64,000 nt of DNA, from contig OZ244207.1 of assembly GCA_965216875.1 (NCBI GenBank), positions 7,520,001 to 7,584,000 on the forward strand, written 5' to 3'. Each line of letters starts with the position of its first letter. Position 1 is the first letter of the stretch. The DNA is from Rubripirellula sp. Its GTDB lineage: Bacteria; Planctomycetota; Planctomycetia; Pirellulales; Pirellulaceae. The translations under genes were made by a program, and so were the position numbers. This document shows, piece by piece, positions 46,494-57,032 of the stretch. The notes below the pieces were generated by a model. That model worked only from the letters and a program-made list of their open reading frames with translations, ran no database searches and was not told the DNA's origin.

Positions 46494-49400
46494 CTAGCGA
46501 TTCGGCTTGAAGCCGGTTTGAGCGAACTCTTCCTCTTCCTCGATGATGATTCGAGGGGTGACCATCAGCATCAAGCTTCGAGCGTCACGACCAACCGAAA
46601 CGTTTCGGAACAATCGGCTGACGTAAGGAATCTTGCTGAGCATTGGCACACCACGTTCGGTACGGCCTTCAGCGAGTCGCTTGATACCGCCGAGCAGGAT
46701 CGTACCACCGTCAGGAACGCTGACCGTGGTGCTGACCGTGGTGAACGAGAACGTTGGCAGCTGGACGGTCGTACCTTCGGTGATGTCCGAATCTTCTTCC
46801 GTGTTCACTGCGTCGTCGTCGTCGACCACACCGTCACCGTTGGTGTCACCGGTTTCGTTGCGGCTGCTGCGGCTGGTGGTCCGACGACCTTCGTAGGTGA
46901 AGGTGTCGACATCACCGATCTGGCTAAAGAACGGAACCAGCGTCAGGCGGACGAATCGCTTGTCGTCACTGACAATCCCTTGAACGTTCAACTGAGTTCC
47001 TTCGTTAAGGACCACGATGACCGGTTGTTGTGCGACAGCAAAGTCACCAACAACTGGCGTGATACTGGTCACGAAGGGACGCTGAGTGACGTCTTGGATG
47101 TTAGCGAACTGGCCATCAAACAGGGTCACCTTTGGTGCCTGCATGATATTGTTCCGGTTATCACCCTGAGCGGCTTGCAAGAAGAAGAACGTTTCAATGT
47201 CGCTCAACATTGCAAACCCGATTGTCGAGGCGGCACCGGCGTCAAATCCACCGAAGGGTGGCAGAGTACCGAAGCTGCCGTTGTCGAACCGGATGTCCAA
47301 GTCAGCCGTTGGCAGACCATCGCCACCGAGGCCGACGGTCACAGCGGGACCTTCGTCTTCACCGGTTGGGAAGTTGGTGACGTTGTCATCGAATTGGACG
47401 TTAAAGTCGACACCGATCTGTTCGAAGAACGAGTCCGACAAGGTGATGAAGCGAACTTCGATCGTGATCTGCAAGTTCTGAAGAGCTCGCAGTGATTCAA
47501 GCAGGTCCGAGATCTGGTCGTGAACGTCACTCGTCGTGCTGATCACCAAGCTCAGGTTCTGTGGATACGGTGCCATGGTACTCGGACCACCGAGGACTTC
47601 CCAAGTGTCAGGAACGACCGTGGTTTGAATCAGGTCGATCAGCGATTGGAAGTCGGCAAATGCACCACCACCAGCTCCGCCTGCACCACCACCCGGTGGA
47701 TTGTTGAGACCGAAGCCACCTTGGCTGCCCATCGGAGCGTATTGGCCAAGGACAGCTGGGTTCAGGTTTGCCGAGGTGGGTGTTTGAGCCATTCCCGTAC
47801 CGAGGTCGGTCATCGAAACCGGCATGATGCGAACATCATTTTGTGGGTTCGACATTTGATAGGCTGCACGCAACGCACCGGCCAAGCCTTGTTCGTAGCT
47901 GCTGGTGAAGTTCGGAATCGGAGTCACCAAATCGGTCACGCGGTAGGTCTTTGGATAGACCTTGCTGCGTTTGGCTTCGATGCTGGTGATGTTCAGAACA
48001 TCATTCTCGATGGTGTAAGTGAGTTGCAGTTGCTTTTCGAGCAACAGGTTCAACGCACTCTTAAGAGCAAGCGGTGTGTTGATGCTCAAACTGACGGGCG
48101 TGTCCGCAGTCACTCGAACCGTCGACAACGCAGGCGTGTCGATGACCATTGGAATGCCGGTGGCATTGGACAGGTCGTCGATCACTTCGCCGAGTGGACG
48201 ATTGTTGTATTTGACTTCGACAGGCGTGGTCAATTTTTGCTTGATCGCTTGCTCAGCAACGCTCAAGTGCGAGTCGGACGAATCGCCTTGCAGACGAATC
48301 GTCGATCGGTTCGCCCAAACCTCAGGATCTTCAAAGGTAAGTTCCCGAGTTGGGTCGTAATCCTTGGCCGACTCTTCGATGCCTCGCATGACGTCCAGGA
48401 AGGCGACGCGTCCTTTGGCTTGGACTTCTTCTTCCATGGTCTTGCGAGTCGCAATCGTGCTGTTGTGCGTCATCTGAGTGGCGATGGGATCGCCAGGCTT
48501 CAGTTCGGCGACTTGTTTGGCAACAACGACTGCTTCGTGATAGCGTTTTTCAGTCATCAACTCGTTGAAGCTCTCGACCAAAGTCGCAACTTCCGCGTCG
48601 ATCGATTCTTGTCGAGCTTGCTGGGTAGCGATCTCGGTACGAATCGATTCGTTCTTCAAGTCCAAGTTGATTTCAGCGCGATGGGCTTCGTTGTATCGCT
48701 TTTGTTCGTTGATCGCTCGATCAACCAACACGGCGATGGTGCGACGCGACTGTTCCGAGATGTCGGAGCTGTCGACGCGGCGACGAAGTCGTTCGAGACC
48801 TTCCAAGGTGTTCAGCGGATCGCTTTGCTTGGATTCGTTTGCTTTGGCAAGTTCGGCGGTCACCTCGCGATACAGCCGACGAGTCTTTTCTTGAGCTTCC
48901 AACTCGGCCCGTTCAATCGCCGTCATGTTGGCGGGTGAACCGGCGTTGGGAGTTCGGACGGGCTGGAGGAGAGTCAGCTTGTCCTTGAGCTGATTGCGAA
49001 TAGCGGGGTCAAGGTCCGACGCGTTGTTCCATGCCTCGAGGAAGAACTGGCGTGCGGTTGCCTTGTCGCCTTTCGACAATGCCTCCATTCCATCGTTGTA
49101 AAGTTTCTGGCCGTTGCTGATCGTGCCACCAGGAAGCGGTGCTTCGTTTTGCACCTGAGCGATCGTACCCGCTTTGTTGTCCGCTTCAGCAGCAAACAAC
49201 ATTTGGGCGACCGTGTTGGCTTCGTTGGTTGGCGCCGTTGCAACCGCTTGTTGAACGGGGCTGACACCTCCGACTGCTAGCTGACCCGAGGTCAACGCAA
49301 CCGTGCGGCGGCGAACGGCCGATTCGGCATCGAGCATCAATTGCCAGACGCGTGGTTCATTCGGAGCGAAGGCTTCATTGGGCACCTTCAGTTGTTCAGC

Positions 49401-50045
49401 TTGTTTGGCCATCGCAAGTGCGGTGTTCGCATCGCCACGATCCAAAGCAGCACGTCCGATCGCGACAAGGCGAAGAGCCTCGCGTTTGCGGGCCGCAGGA
49501 TCAGCAATCGTGTTGCTGGCACCGCGTGCACCGATCGGTTGTGCGTAGTTGGGCGCGCCACCTGCGAGCTTTGTCGGTTGCGAGCCGGCGATGCCGGGCA
49601 ACCTGCCAGCGGGTTGGGCGGGTGCCGCAGGAGGTGCGAGCAACTGGGCGTCGAAGCCGACGGCCACAAGTTGTTGTCGCAGGATCGCAATGTCGCGAGC
49701 CTCCTGGGCGGACGCAGGAGCCGAACTGGCTGCCTTGCGGAATGCTTGCACCGCCGCTTGGTAATCTTTCCGAGCGAGTGCACGACGCGCTTCGGTGATC
49801 AGTTGCGGTCCTGATGCAGTCTTGGTCGGGGTAGTTGGCATGGCCGGAGTAGTGCCGGCGGGCAACTGGAACTGGGCAAACGCGTCCATGCTGGTTAGCA
49901 GCAACATTGTTGCAGCGATCCCAGCGACATGGCGGTTCGCAATTGCGAGGCGGTTCAACGCGACTCTCCTTCTTCGCGGTGAGACTTCAATGAATGAACG
50001 TCCAGCGTTGTTGTCGTTTTCCTGGCCCGTTCGGCGGTTCCCCAA
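46494..50045 (-). CDS. Large GspD/PilQ-type secretin with N-terminal TPR-like region
   Basis: LQITIEVRF, QAPKVTLFDGQ, TTVSVPDGGTILLGG, GVPMLSKIPYVSRLFR, LMLMVTPRII; start uncertain. Confidence 0.9.
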   Translation of the reverse strand: MGNRRTGQENDNNAGRSFIEVSPRRRRVALNRLAIANRHVAGIAATMLLLTSMDAFAQFQLPAGTTPAMPTTPTKTASGPQLITEARRALARKDYQAAVQAFRKAASSAPASAQEARDIAILRQQLVAVGFDAQLLAPPAAPAQPAGRLPGIAGSQPTKLAGGAPNYAQPIGARGASNTIADPAARKREALRLVAIGRAALDRGDANTALAMAKQAEQLKVPNEAFAPNEPRVWQLMLDAESAVRRRTVALTSGQLAVGGVSPVQQAVATAPTNEANTVAQMLFAAEADNKAGTIAQVQNEAPLPGGTISNGQKLYNDGMEALSKGDKATARQFFLEAWNNASDLDPAIRNQLKDKLTLLQPVRTPNAGSPANMTAIERAELEAQEKTRRLYREVTAELAKANESKQSDPLNTLEGLERLRRRVDSSDISEQSRRTIAVLVDRAINEQKRYNEAHRAEINLDLKNESIRTEIATQQARQESIDAEVATLVESFNELMTEKRYHEAVVVAKQVAELKPGDPIATQMTHNSTIATRKTMEEEVQAKGRVAFLDVMRGIEESAKDYDPTRELTFEDPEVWANRSTIRLQGDSSDSHLSVAEQAIKQKLTTPVEVKYNNRPLGEVIDDLSNATGIPMVIDTPALSTVRVTADTPVSLSINTPLALKSALNLLLEKQLQLTYTIENDVLNITSIEAKRSKVYPKTYRVTDLVTPIPNFTSSYEQGLAGALRAAYQMSNPQNDVRIMPVSMTDLGTGMAQTPTSANLNPAVLGQYAPMGSQGGFGLNNPPGGGAGGAGGGAFADFQSLIDLIQTTVVPDTWEVLGGPSTMAPYPQNLSLVISTTSDVHDQISDLLESLRALQNLQITIEVRFITLSDSFFEQIGVDFNVQFDDNVTNFPTGEDEGPAVTVGLGGDGLPTADLDIRFDNGSFGTLPPFGGFDAGAASTIGFAMLSDIETFFFLQAAQGDNRNNIMQAPKVTLFDGQFANIQDVTQRPFVTSITPVVGDFAVAQQPVIVVLNEGTQLNVQGIVSDDKRFVRLTLVPFFSQIGDVDTFTYEGRRTTSRSSRNETGDTNGDGVVDDDDAVNTEEDSDITEGTTVQLPTFSFTTVSTTVSVPDGGTILLGGIKRLAEGRTERGVPMLSKIPYVSRLFRNVSVGRDARSLMLMVTPRIIIEEEEEFAQTGFKPNR

Positions 50046-50260
50046 AAAACTCTCTACCGTGCCCTAGGCCGATTCCTTGGCCCAGAAACCCGTCTTCTAG
50101 GGCACAATCTGCCCAGAGAGATTCCGGTTTGAAGCGGAAATACGGAGTATTCACGAGTGGTGTCAACAGCGATCTATCAAGATCACAAGAAAGTTTTATC
50201 GTGCTAGCAAATCAGTGAGACTCATCGCGTGCGTCACAAAGCAGAGTGGTTGTGTTTTTT

Positions 50261-50393
50261 GTGAGCCGAACGCGCTAGCGTCGGGCCTCGTACTCTTTTG
50301 CGAATAGTGCGAACGGCTGTCATGCGGAGCATGACCTACGAAGAGGACGCGGAGCGTCCGGGAGTGCGTTACCACGCGGAGCGTGGTAACGAG
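50261..50393. repeat. Mosaic REP cluster (families A, B, D)
   Basis: A 50261-50286, B 50319-50339, D 50340-50393; 50308-50393 nearly identical to 7618-7703. Confidence 0.85.
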
Positions 50394-50446
50394 ACGTCAA
50401 GCCGGAATCTTCTCACGAGCCGCCGAAACGCGTGACGGCAAACGGT

Positions 50447-50866
50447 TCAATCAACGTTGCGGAGGATTGCGTGGCAACTGACGCAGCTGATCGTTAACTG
50501 CTGAAAACCCATCGCAGCGCCTTCGAGATTGTCGGCGCGTGCGTGTCGTTCAATCTCCGCATTGGCAAAGTTGAACGCTTGAAGTTGGGCTTTGTAGCCA
50601 GGTTTGCTTTTGCGAATCCAGCCTTCCGCGTTCGAAAGCACTCGCATTTGTTTCGCCTTTTCGGCGACAAGCTTCATGTCGTCGACTGCCAAGCCACGGA
50701 GAATCTCCTGGGAGTACTCCAGCTTCTTTTCCATCCAATAACTCGGTGACCGTTTTGCTTGTTCCGCAGCGGATGGAGACGGTTGAGTTTCTGCAGGCTT
50801 TGGCTGTTGGGCAGCGGCGGTGGTGGCAAGCACGCTCACCAAGAGTGAAACCATGAAAACGCGCAT
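50447..50866 (-). CDS. Secreted cytochrome c'-like (class II) protein
   Basis: Signal peptide; helical; single C-terminal SCVSCH heme motif. Confidence 0.7.
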   Translation of the reverse strand: MRVFMVSLLVSVLATTAAAQQPKPAETQPSPSAAEQAKRSPSYWMEKKLEYSQEILRGLAVDDMKLVAEKAKQMRVLSNAEGWIRKSKPGYKAQLQAFNFANAEIERHARADNLEGAAMGFQQLTISCVSCHAILRNVD

Positions 50867-51021
50867 TGTCGCATCCCTTCCCCGTTAGCGTGATCGAGCC
50901 GATCCGATTGATCACCTCTTTTGATTGCTGCAAGGGAGCAATTTTGGTGCCATCGACATCGCAAACCGAGTGAACAACCACGCTCGTTTTAACGCGTTTC
51001 CCTCCCAAGCCATGCAATCGT

Positions 51022-51079
51022 GTAGGTCATGCTCCGCATGACAAATGCACTCCAGACTGTCATGCGGAGCATGACCTAC
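51022..51079. repeat. Inverted pair of REP family B
   Basis: GTAGGTCATGCTCCGCATGAC 51022-51042 and inverted copy 51059-51079. Confidence 0.85.
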
Positions 51080-51094
51080 GGAAGGTACGGAAGC

Positions 51095-51964
51095 TTAGCG
51101 TGCGATCCAGACCGTACACTCGGCGTGGCGGAGGACGTAACGTGAGACGCTGCCGAGCATTAAGCGGCCCAAAGCGGTGCGTTCGTGTTCGCCCACGACG
51201 ATCGTGTTGCATTGGTGTTCGTTGGCGAACTCGATGATCGCTTCACCAATGTGCTCGGATTCAACCACCGCGCCTTTGACATTGGGGACGGCTGGCTTGA
51301 GTTGGTCGACAGCTTCGGTGACCCGCTCGTTAGCGAACTGAGTCTGCTTCTCGCGTTCTTCGTTCATGTCAGGAAAGAGGTCCTGGCGGAAGGTGCGAAT
51401 GATCGGCACCACACTGAGAACATGTCCTTCGGTGGCGGAGCCCCATTCGAACTTTCCAAACTGCTTGATCGCAACATCGCTGTCCTCGGTTCCATCATGA
51501 GCGATGGTCACTCGGACATGGTCCGACGGATCTTCGCCAGGTGGTCGGACCACGAGCACACTACATTTTGCGTGCGTTGCCACATAGTCGCTGACACTTC
51601 CGAGCAGGATGCGTTCGATCGCGGAATGCCCTTTTGCGCCGAGAACGATCAATTCGGCATCGATGAGGTCGGCGGTTTCGACGATGCTTTCACCAATGTG
51701 GCCTTCGGCGACCTTGTGCGTCACCGACGCATTGGCACCAGAGAACATCTTTTCGATGTGCGCGAAATGTTCGGCTGCCGTCTCTTGCTGTTCCTTCTTA
51801 AAAGCGGGCAACCAGGCGTGAGAGCCTGCACTGGCCGAAGCTTCGGGCAAGTAAACGGTTGTCACCACCGTCAAATCAAGCGGTTCGTTGTGAGGCACGC
51901 GGCTGAGACATTCGGCGGCATGCTCGGCGTTTTTCGATCCATCCGTGGCAAGAACGACTTTCAT
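51095..51964 (-). CDS. Tandem-domain universal stress protein
   Basis: VVLATDGS, LIVLGAKG...LLGSVSDYV, IVVG...MLGSVSRYVLRHA. Confidence 0.93.
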   Translation of the reverse strand: MKVVLATDGSKNAEHAAECLSRVPHNEPLDLTVVTTVYLPEASASAGSHAWLPAFKKEQQETAAEHFAHIEKMFSGANASVTHKVAEGHIGESIVETADLIDAELIVLGAKGHSAIERILLGSVSDYVATHAKCSVLVVRPPGEDPSDHVRVTIAHDGTEDSDVAIKQFGKFEWGSATEGHVLSVVPIIRTFRQDLFPDMNEEREKQTQFANERVTEAVDQLKPAVPNVKGAVVESEHIGEAIIEFANEHQCNTIVVGEHERTALGRLMLGSVSRYVLRHAECTVWIAR

Positions 51965-52083
51965 CAGTGGGGCACCTGGATAGGGGCGTTTGTTGTAAAG
52001 GCATGTTGGGAGGCAGTAGTTTCACTGCCTCGAAGAGGCTCGGCAAGGCGCTCAGAGGACAGCCAAGTAAAAAATGCTCATCG

Positions 52084-52896
52084 TCACGCGACACCCGACA
52101 AAGCGTAGCCGCAGGCGTACGCGAGCCCTGCGGCTGCGGCACCCACCGCGACCGTTTCGGCTGCGGATCGCCACCAGGCCTGTTGGACAAATCTCGCTTT
52201 GACCGCCCCGATCACAGCAAAGGCCACTCCGGTCAGCACGGTGCTGACCGCGAATGCCGCAAAACTCTGTTGGGAAACCCACTGATAGATGAAGGGGATC
52301 AGAGGCAAGGCCCCGACGATCATGAAGCTGATGAATGTGAATGAGGCGGCGACGACTGCATTGGGGCGATCGGTCGAGACTCCGTATTCGCTGCGGAGCA
52401 TCATGTCGACCCAACGTTTTTCGTCAGCGGTGATCGTATCGACCGCGTCTTCCAACAACTTGCCTTCGAATCCTTGTCCACGAAGGATCTGGCGAATCTC
52501 TTCCCGCTCTCCTTCCGGGCACTGGGCGATGTGCTTGTGTTCGATCTGTCGCAGTTTCTCGAGCTGTTGGTTCTCTGCACGCGTCCCCAAAAAATTGCCA
52601 GCGGCCATGCTGAAGCCGTCGCCGACCAGATTGGCAATTCCCAAAATGATTACGACCGACGGGGACAAGCCTGCGCCGGCGACTCCCGAGACGACGGCAA
52701 AGGTTGTGACCGCACCGTCAACGCCACCGTAAACCGAATCCTTCAAGTAACTTTGCCTCGGCGGCTGGGCCAGACGCTCGGCGATGTCTTCTCGTGCGTG
52801 CGAGTGCTCGAGGTTCGCTTGTTCAAGCGTCGATGCGTTTTCACAAGTCGCGTCGACTGGTTTCGCAGAATCCAAGGGAGCGCCCATGATCTTCAC
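52084..52896 (-). CDS. VIT1/CCC1 family Fe/Mn transporter
   Basis: YLKDSVYGGVDGAVTTFAVVSG, ANLVGDGFSMAAGNFLG, PEGEREE, GALPLIP; GTGA overlap with upstream USP. Confidence 0.92.
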   Translation of the reverse strand: MKIMGAPLDSAKPVDATCENASTLEQANLEHSHAREDIAERLAQPPRQSYLKDSVYGGVDGAVTTFAVVSGVAGAGLSPSVVIILGIANLVGDGFSMAAGNFLGTRAENQQLEKLRQIEHKHIAQCPEGEREEIRQILRGQGFEGKLLEDAVDTITADEKRWVDMMLRSEYGVSTDRPNAVVAASFTFISFMIVGALPLIPFIYQWVSQQSFAAFAVSTVLTGVAFAVIGAVKARFVQQAWWRSAAETVAVGAAAAGLAYACGYALSGVA

Positions 52897-53375
52897 GTCG
52901 ATGCCGATTCGTGATGTTGTTGTGCATCGTCAGTCGTCGTGTTCGGTGGCGTACGACAAACGAGAATGGGACAGGGCGAGATGCGCAGCAATTCGGTCAC
53001 GACGCTGCCCAGGAACCAGCGTGCGATGGCGCCTCGCGTGTGCGTGCCGACAACCAAGAGCTGCGTTCCAAGTTCCGTTGCTTTGGCAACCACTTGATCC
53101 GCGGCATTGCCTTGCAACAGATGCCTTCGAACGTCCTGTTCCGGCAAATCGACAACGATCGAATCGAGTTGTTCACGCAGTTGTTGCGGTAGGTCGGGAT
53201 CAGCAAACGAACCGCTAATGCCAGACATGTCGACTGCCACCATGTCGGAGGGGAACCAGACATGGACGATATCCAAAATGGCGTCACGCCGTTTCGCTTC
53301 TTCGACCGCCACTCGCAACGCCTCGTCGCATGCGTCGGTGAAGTCGATTGCGCACATAATCGATGGCTTGGTCAT
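52893..53375 (-). CDS. Universal stress protein
   Basis: IMCAIDFT, LLVVGTH...FLGSVVTELLRISPCPILV; start at MTKPSIM. Confidence 0.9.
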   Translation of the reverse strand: MTKPSIMCAIDFTDACDEALRVAVEEAKRRDAILDIVHVWFPSDMVAVDMSGISGSFADPDLPQQLREQLDSIVVDLPEQDVRRHLLQGNAADQVVAKATELGTQLLVVGTHTRGAIARWFLGSVVTELLRISPCPILVCRTPPNTTTDDAQQHHESAST

Positions 53376-53789
53376 CACTCGAACTCCGAAAGAAACGGAA
53401 ACCAACAAAAACCTTTTTTCATCCTCGGATGAATGCAACAACAGTGCCAATTCATCAGCGACGTCGAGGATTGGAATCCGTTCGCCAAAGTTCTGGCAAT
53501 CAAGGTACCTCGCAGCCCTTTTGCGGCCCCCAATCATCCTGACCGCGGTGAAAGTGTGCGGCTTGGCGCGCGTCTGGCCGTTGGCTGCTGCGGGCCGCGT
53601 GCATGCACGCACACCTCTAGGCCGATTGTTCCAATTATTCAGCTGTTGACCGAGGCGAAACGGTCACGGCTGGAATCGAGCTGAGAATCGGCGGGCATCC
53701 ATTGAGGCAAGACCTACGCTTGCTTGAGCAATCTTATGGGGCGCCGGTTAGGGTGGCGGCCCCAGCGAAAGAATTGTCAGGGGGCAAAG

Positions 53790-55988
53790 ATGAAAATTCG
53801 CACGAAGGTGCTGCTCGTTGCTTTGAGCGGCACGGTGATGACGGCAGTCGGCATGATCACCATGTTGGTCATCAAAAAATCGGACTGCACCGAGGTCATT
53901 CAACATGGCACTCTCGAGATGGCGAGCAGCGAATGCGACGCCATCAATCAGCGGCTCATCGACATTTTGGCGATCCAGGACAAGTCCGTTCGCAAGCATG
54001 TCGAATCGAACCTGCTGGTCGCCGATGATATTCTGCATCGTTCGGGTGATGCGCACTTGGCGGACGAAACCGTCCAGTGGAACGCGATCAATCAATTCAC
54101 AAAGAAATCCACTTCGGTAACGATTCCGGTCTTGGCCGTTGGGGACACCCACGTCGAGCCCAACCGGTCCTTCGACAGAGCATCGCCGATCGTTGATCAC
54201 GTCCAACAACTCGTCGGCGGAACGTGCACCCTATTTCAGCGGATGAACGAAGAGGGCGACATGCTCCGCGTTTGCACGAACATCAAACTGCGAGACGGCA
54301 CACGGGCGATCGGCACCTATATTCCGGCAACCAACCCCGATGGGTCCGCCAACAAAGTGGTTTCGACGGTCCTCAAGGGCGAAACCTACCGCGGATCCGC
54401 AGAAATCATGGACGAGTGGTATTTGACCGCCTACCAACCACTCTTTGATACCAACAACAAAGTGATTGGCATCCTTTACGTTGGCCAAAAACAACAAGAC
54501 ATTGCCGAAGCAAAGCAGGCAATCGTCAACACGGTGATTGGCAAAACAGGTTACGCCTGCGCGATTTCAGCGCAGGAAAAATCGAAGGGGACCTACTTGG
54601 TCTCGCCTGATGGGAACGAGGATGGCGAATCGGTCTGGGACAAAAGCGCCGACAATGGACGCAAAATCTATCAGGATCTGATCCAAGGAGCCGTCGAGAG
54701 CTCTGGCGAAACCTTCGTTGTCAGCTACCAAGACCGATTTGATGACGACGGACCTCCGCAAACCGTTGTGGCAGCTGCCCGTCACTTTGCCGCATGGGAC
54801 TGGGTGCTCGTCACCAAAGCTCCCATTCGTGACTTTGCCGAAACTTCCAGCCGCGTTTCGAATGCACTCAACACGTTGATGTGGTGGGGCATTGTCGGAG
54901 CGCTTGTGTTGACGGTGGTCATTGGAGGCATCGCTTCGATGGTGACCAAGTCGTTGACCAATCCAATTCGCAAGATGACGAACAACCTCAAGGACATTGC
55001 ACAAGGCGACGGAGACCTCACCATTCGGCTCGACGAATCACGAAACGATGAAATCGGTGAGATGGCTCATTGGTTCAATACGTTTGTTGGAAAGCTGCAA
55101 ACGATGATTGGTGAACTGGCTGGTGACGCCGAAATGCTCGCCAACTCGTCGACCGAACTTTCGTCGACAGCGACGGAGCTTTCGGGCAGTGCCGAAGAAA
55201 CCACCTGCCGCTCGTCGACGGTCGCCGCAGCGGCTGAGGAGATGTCGACGAACATGAACAACATGGCAGCGGCATCCAAGCAAATGACCGACAGTATCGA
55301 ATCGGTTGCGTGCGCTGCCGAACAGATGTCGGCAAGCATTTCCGAAATTGCGACCAACGCAGAGCAGGCGTCAACGGTCGCAAGTAATGCTGCGGAAATG
55401 GCGACCGCAAGCAACCAAACGATCGGCGAACTCGGAACGGCAGCGGACGGGATCGGCAAAGTGATTGAAGTGATCCAAGAGATTGCCGAACAAACCAACT
55501 TGCTTGCCTTGAACGCGACGATTGAAGCCGCGCGAGCCGGCGAAGCTGGGAAAGGTTTTGCTGTGGTCGCAACCGAAGTCAAGGAATTGGCAAAGCAAAC
55601 CGCCGAAGCGACCGAGGACATTCGCGGACGGGTGGAAGCCATTCAAGGCTCAAGCAATCAAGCAGTCGATTCGATCGCACAAATCAGTCAGGTGATTGAC
55701 GAGGTCAATTCGATCAGTCGCACGATCGCCTCGGCCGTCGAAGAGCAAAGTGTGACGACCCGCGATATTTCGCAGAACGTTGCCCAGACCAGTTGCGCGG
55801 TCAACTCGGTCGCCACTGGCGTGGCCGAGACGGCCAAAGCGAGCTGTGAGATTGCCGAAACGATCACCAGCGTTTCTGAAACCGCCAAGCGAACGGCGCA
55901 AAGTGCTACGGGCACGCAAGCGACCGGAGCCGAGCTCTCGCGACTGTCGACCGAGCTCACCTCGCTGGTGAATCAGTTTCAGATTTAG
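53790..55988 (+). CDS. Methyl-accepting chemotaxis protein (Cache sensor, HAMP)
   Basis: Two TMs, GGTCTLFQR...RAIGTYIP Cache-type region, [34 protein letters not shown]. Confidence 0.95.
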   Translation: MKIRTKVLLVALSGTVMTAVGMITMLVIKKSDCTEVIQHGTLEMASSECDAINQRLIDILAIQDKSVRKHVESNLLVADDILHRSGDAHLADETVQWNAINQFTKKSTSVTIPVLAVGDTHVEPNRSFDRASPIVDHVQQLVGGTCTLFQRMNEEGDMLRVCTNIKLRDGTRAIGTYIPATNPDGSANKVVSTVLKGETYRGSAEIMDEWYLTAYQPLFDTNNKVIGILYVGQKQQDIAEAKQAIVNTVIGKTGYACAISAQEKSKGTYLVSPDGNEDGESVWDKSADNGRKIYQDLIQGAVESSGETFVVSYQDRFDDDGPPQTVVAAARHFAAWDWVLVTKAPIRDFAETSSRVSNALNTLMWWGIVGALVLTVVIGGIASMVTKSLTNPIRKMTNNLKDIAQGDGDLTIRLDESRNDEIGEMAHWFNTFVGKLQTMIGELAGDAEMLANSSTELSSTATELSGSAEETTCRSSTVAAAAEEMSTNMNNMAAASKQMTDSIESVACAAEQMSASISEIATNAEQASTVASNAAEMATASNQTIGELGTAADGIGKVIEVIQEIAEQTNLLALNATIEAARAGEAGKGFAVVATEVKELAKQTAEATEDIRGRVEAIQGSSNQAVDSIAQISQVIDEVNSISRTIASAVEEQSVTTRDISQNVAQTSCAVNSVATGVAETAKASCEIAETITSVSETAKRTAQSATGTQATGAELSRLSTELTSLVNQFQI

Positions 55989-55992
55989 ATCC

Positions 55993-56118
55993 ATGAGCCG
56001 AACGCGCTAGCGTCGGGCCTTATCACTCTTCGTAGCCACGCTCGCCAGAGCGTGGGGAGATGGAAAACCGCTAGCGTCGCGGCGAGCCGCTTGCTTGTCA
56101 TGCGGATGCATGACCTAC
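55993..56118. repeat. Mosaic REP cluster (families A, F, B)
   Basis: A 55993-56018, F 56032-56055, B variant 56097-56118; lies between convergent genes. Confidence 0.8.
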
Positions 56119-56127
56119 GAAGAACCC

Positions 56128-56334
56128 TCACTTTGGGCCACGAATGGCTGCGGCGATCTTTGCAAAGCCACAGTAGTTGGCTGCGCCGGAGAAGATCAGG
56201 CTGCAGCCCATGAACAGTACTAGCCAAATGACACGGAAGTCCCAAATCGCGAGCAGGCTGAACGTGACCACGAGCAGACCGTTGAGGATGCGTGCAATTC
56301 GATCATTGGAAACCGACTGACTCGTCGACATCAC
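56128..56334 (-). CDS. Small membrane protein, YgaP/DUF2892-like
   Basis: Two TMs; R..NG and LIFSG...YCG motifs; coupled to upstream ORF. Confidence 0.6.
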   Translation of the reverse strand: MMSTSQSVSNDRIARILNGLLVVTFSLLAIWDFRVIWLVLFMGCSLIFSGAANYCGFAKIAAAIRGPK

Positions 56335-56849
56335 CCAACCTCTGATCCTGGTTCTTCAAAGGCAATCTGCACCGCGCGATCGAAACGCGATCGGAGCAAC
56401 TTCATTTGGTCCGTGCTCAGCCCCTGGCCGATCAGGCTCGCCACGTGCAGCAAGACAATCGCAACGATACCGGCGGGGACCAAAACGAACGCCCACGGCG
56501 TCGTATCAAGGACCCACTGGACGTAGCCGTAGATTCCGGCGGCACAGATTCCGAAGGCAACCAGGAAGTAGAAGAACATGAATCCCGTCCAGACTTCCGG
56601 TCGCGGTGCAAAGCGGCCATAGAATTGAGTTCCTTCACCGTCGTCCGATTCGAAAGCTTGAACGGAAAGGTGCGGCGACCAAAAGCGTTGATCGCTCTTT
56701 TCAATTTTGAAATCGACACAGCGTCCTGCAGACACGGCGTGGCCGGAAAGTTCGGGCGACTTGATGGCCGCGCGAATGCGCTGAATCGCTTCGTCGGGAT
56801 GCTGGGGGACATCCAACGAAAAGGTCGGTTGGAGTTTCAGTGGGCTCAC
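56331..56849 (-). CDS. Hypothetical membrane protein
   Basis: FWSPHL and GRFAPRPEVWT motifs plus two TMs; start GTG 56849 or TTG 56867. Confidence 0.7.
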   Translation of the reverse strand: MSPLKLQPTFSLDVPQHPDEAIQRIRAAIKSPELSGHAVSAGRCVDFKIEKSDQRFWSPHLSVQAFESDDGEGTQFYGRFAPRPEVWTGFMFFYFLVAFGICAAGIYGYVQWVLDTTPWAFVLVPAGIVAIVLLHVASLIGQGLSTDQMKLLRSRFDRAVQIAFEEPGSEVG

Positions 56850-56877
56850 TGGAATATCGCCCCACAACAGACAAACG

Positions 56878-56919
56878 CAAAACGAAAAACGGGTCAGCCC
56901 GCACGTGCGAACTGACCCG
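56878..56919 (-). terminator. Probable intrinsic terminator
   Basis: CGGGTCAG...CTGACCCG hairpin preceded by A-rich tract on +. Confidence 0.55.
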
Positions 56920-57032
56920 GGTCGTTTGTCATTCTAGCTTATCTAGAAGCAGTCATGCGTGCGTCAATTCAGGACGAACTGACGCACGCAATTGCGTGAC
57001 TGGCAACCGGATAGATTGGCAATCGTTTCGGC

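Noticed and set aside
46392..48938. Long + strand ORFs (367 and 472 aa) opposite the secretin
   Set aside because: Antisense shadow ORFs; the minus strand has clear secretin motifs.
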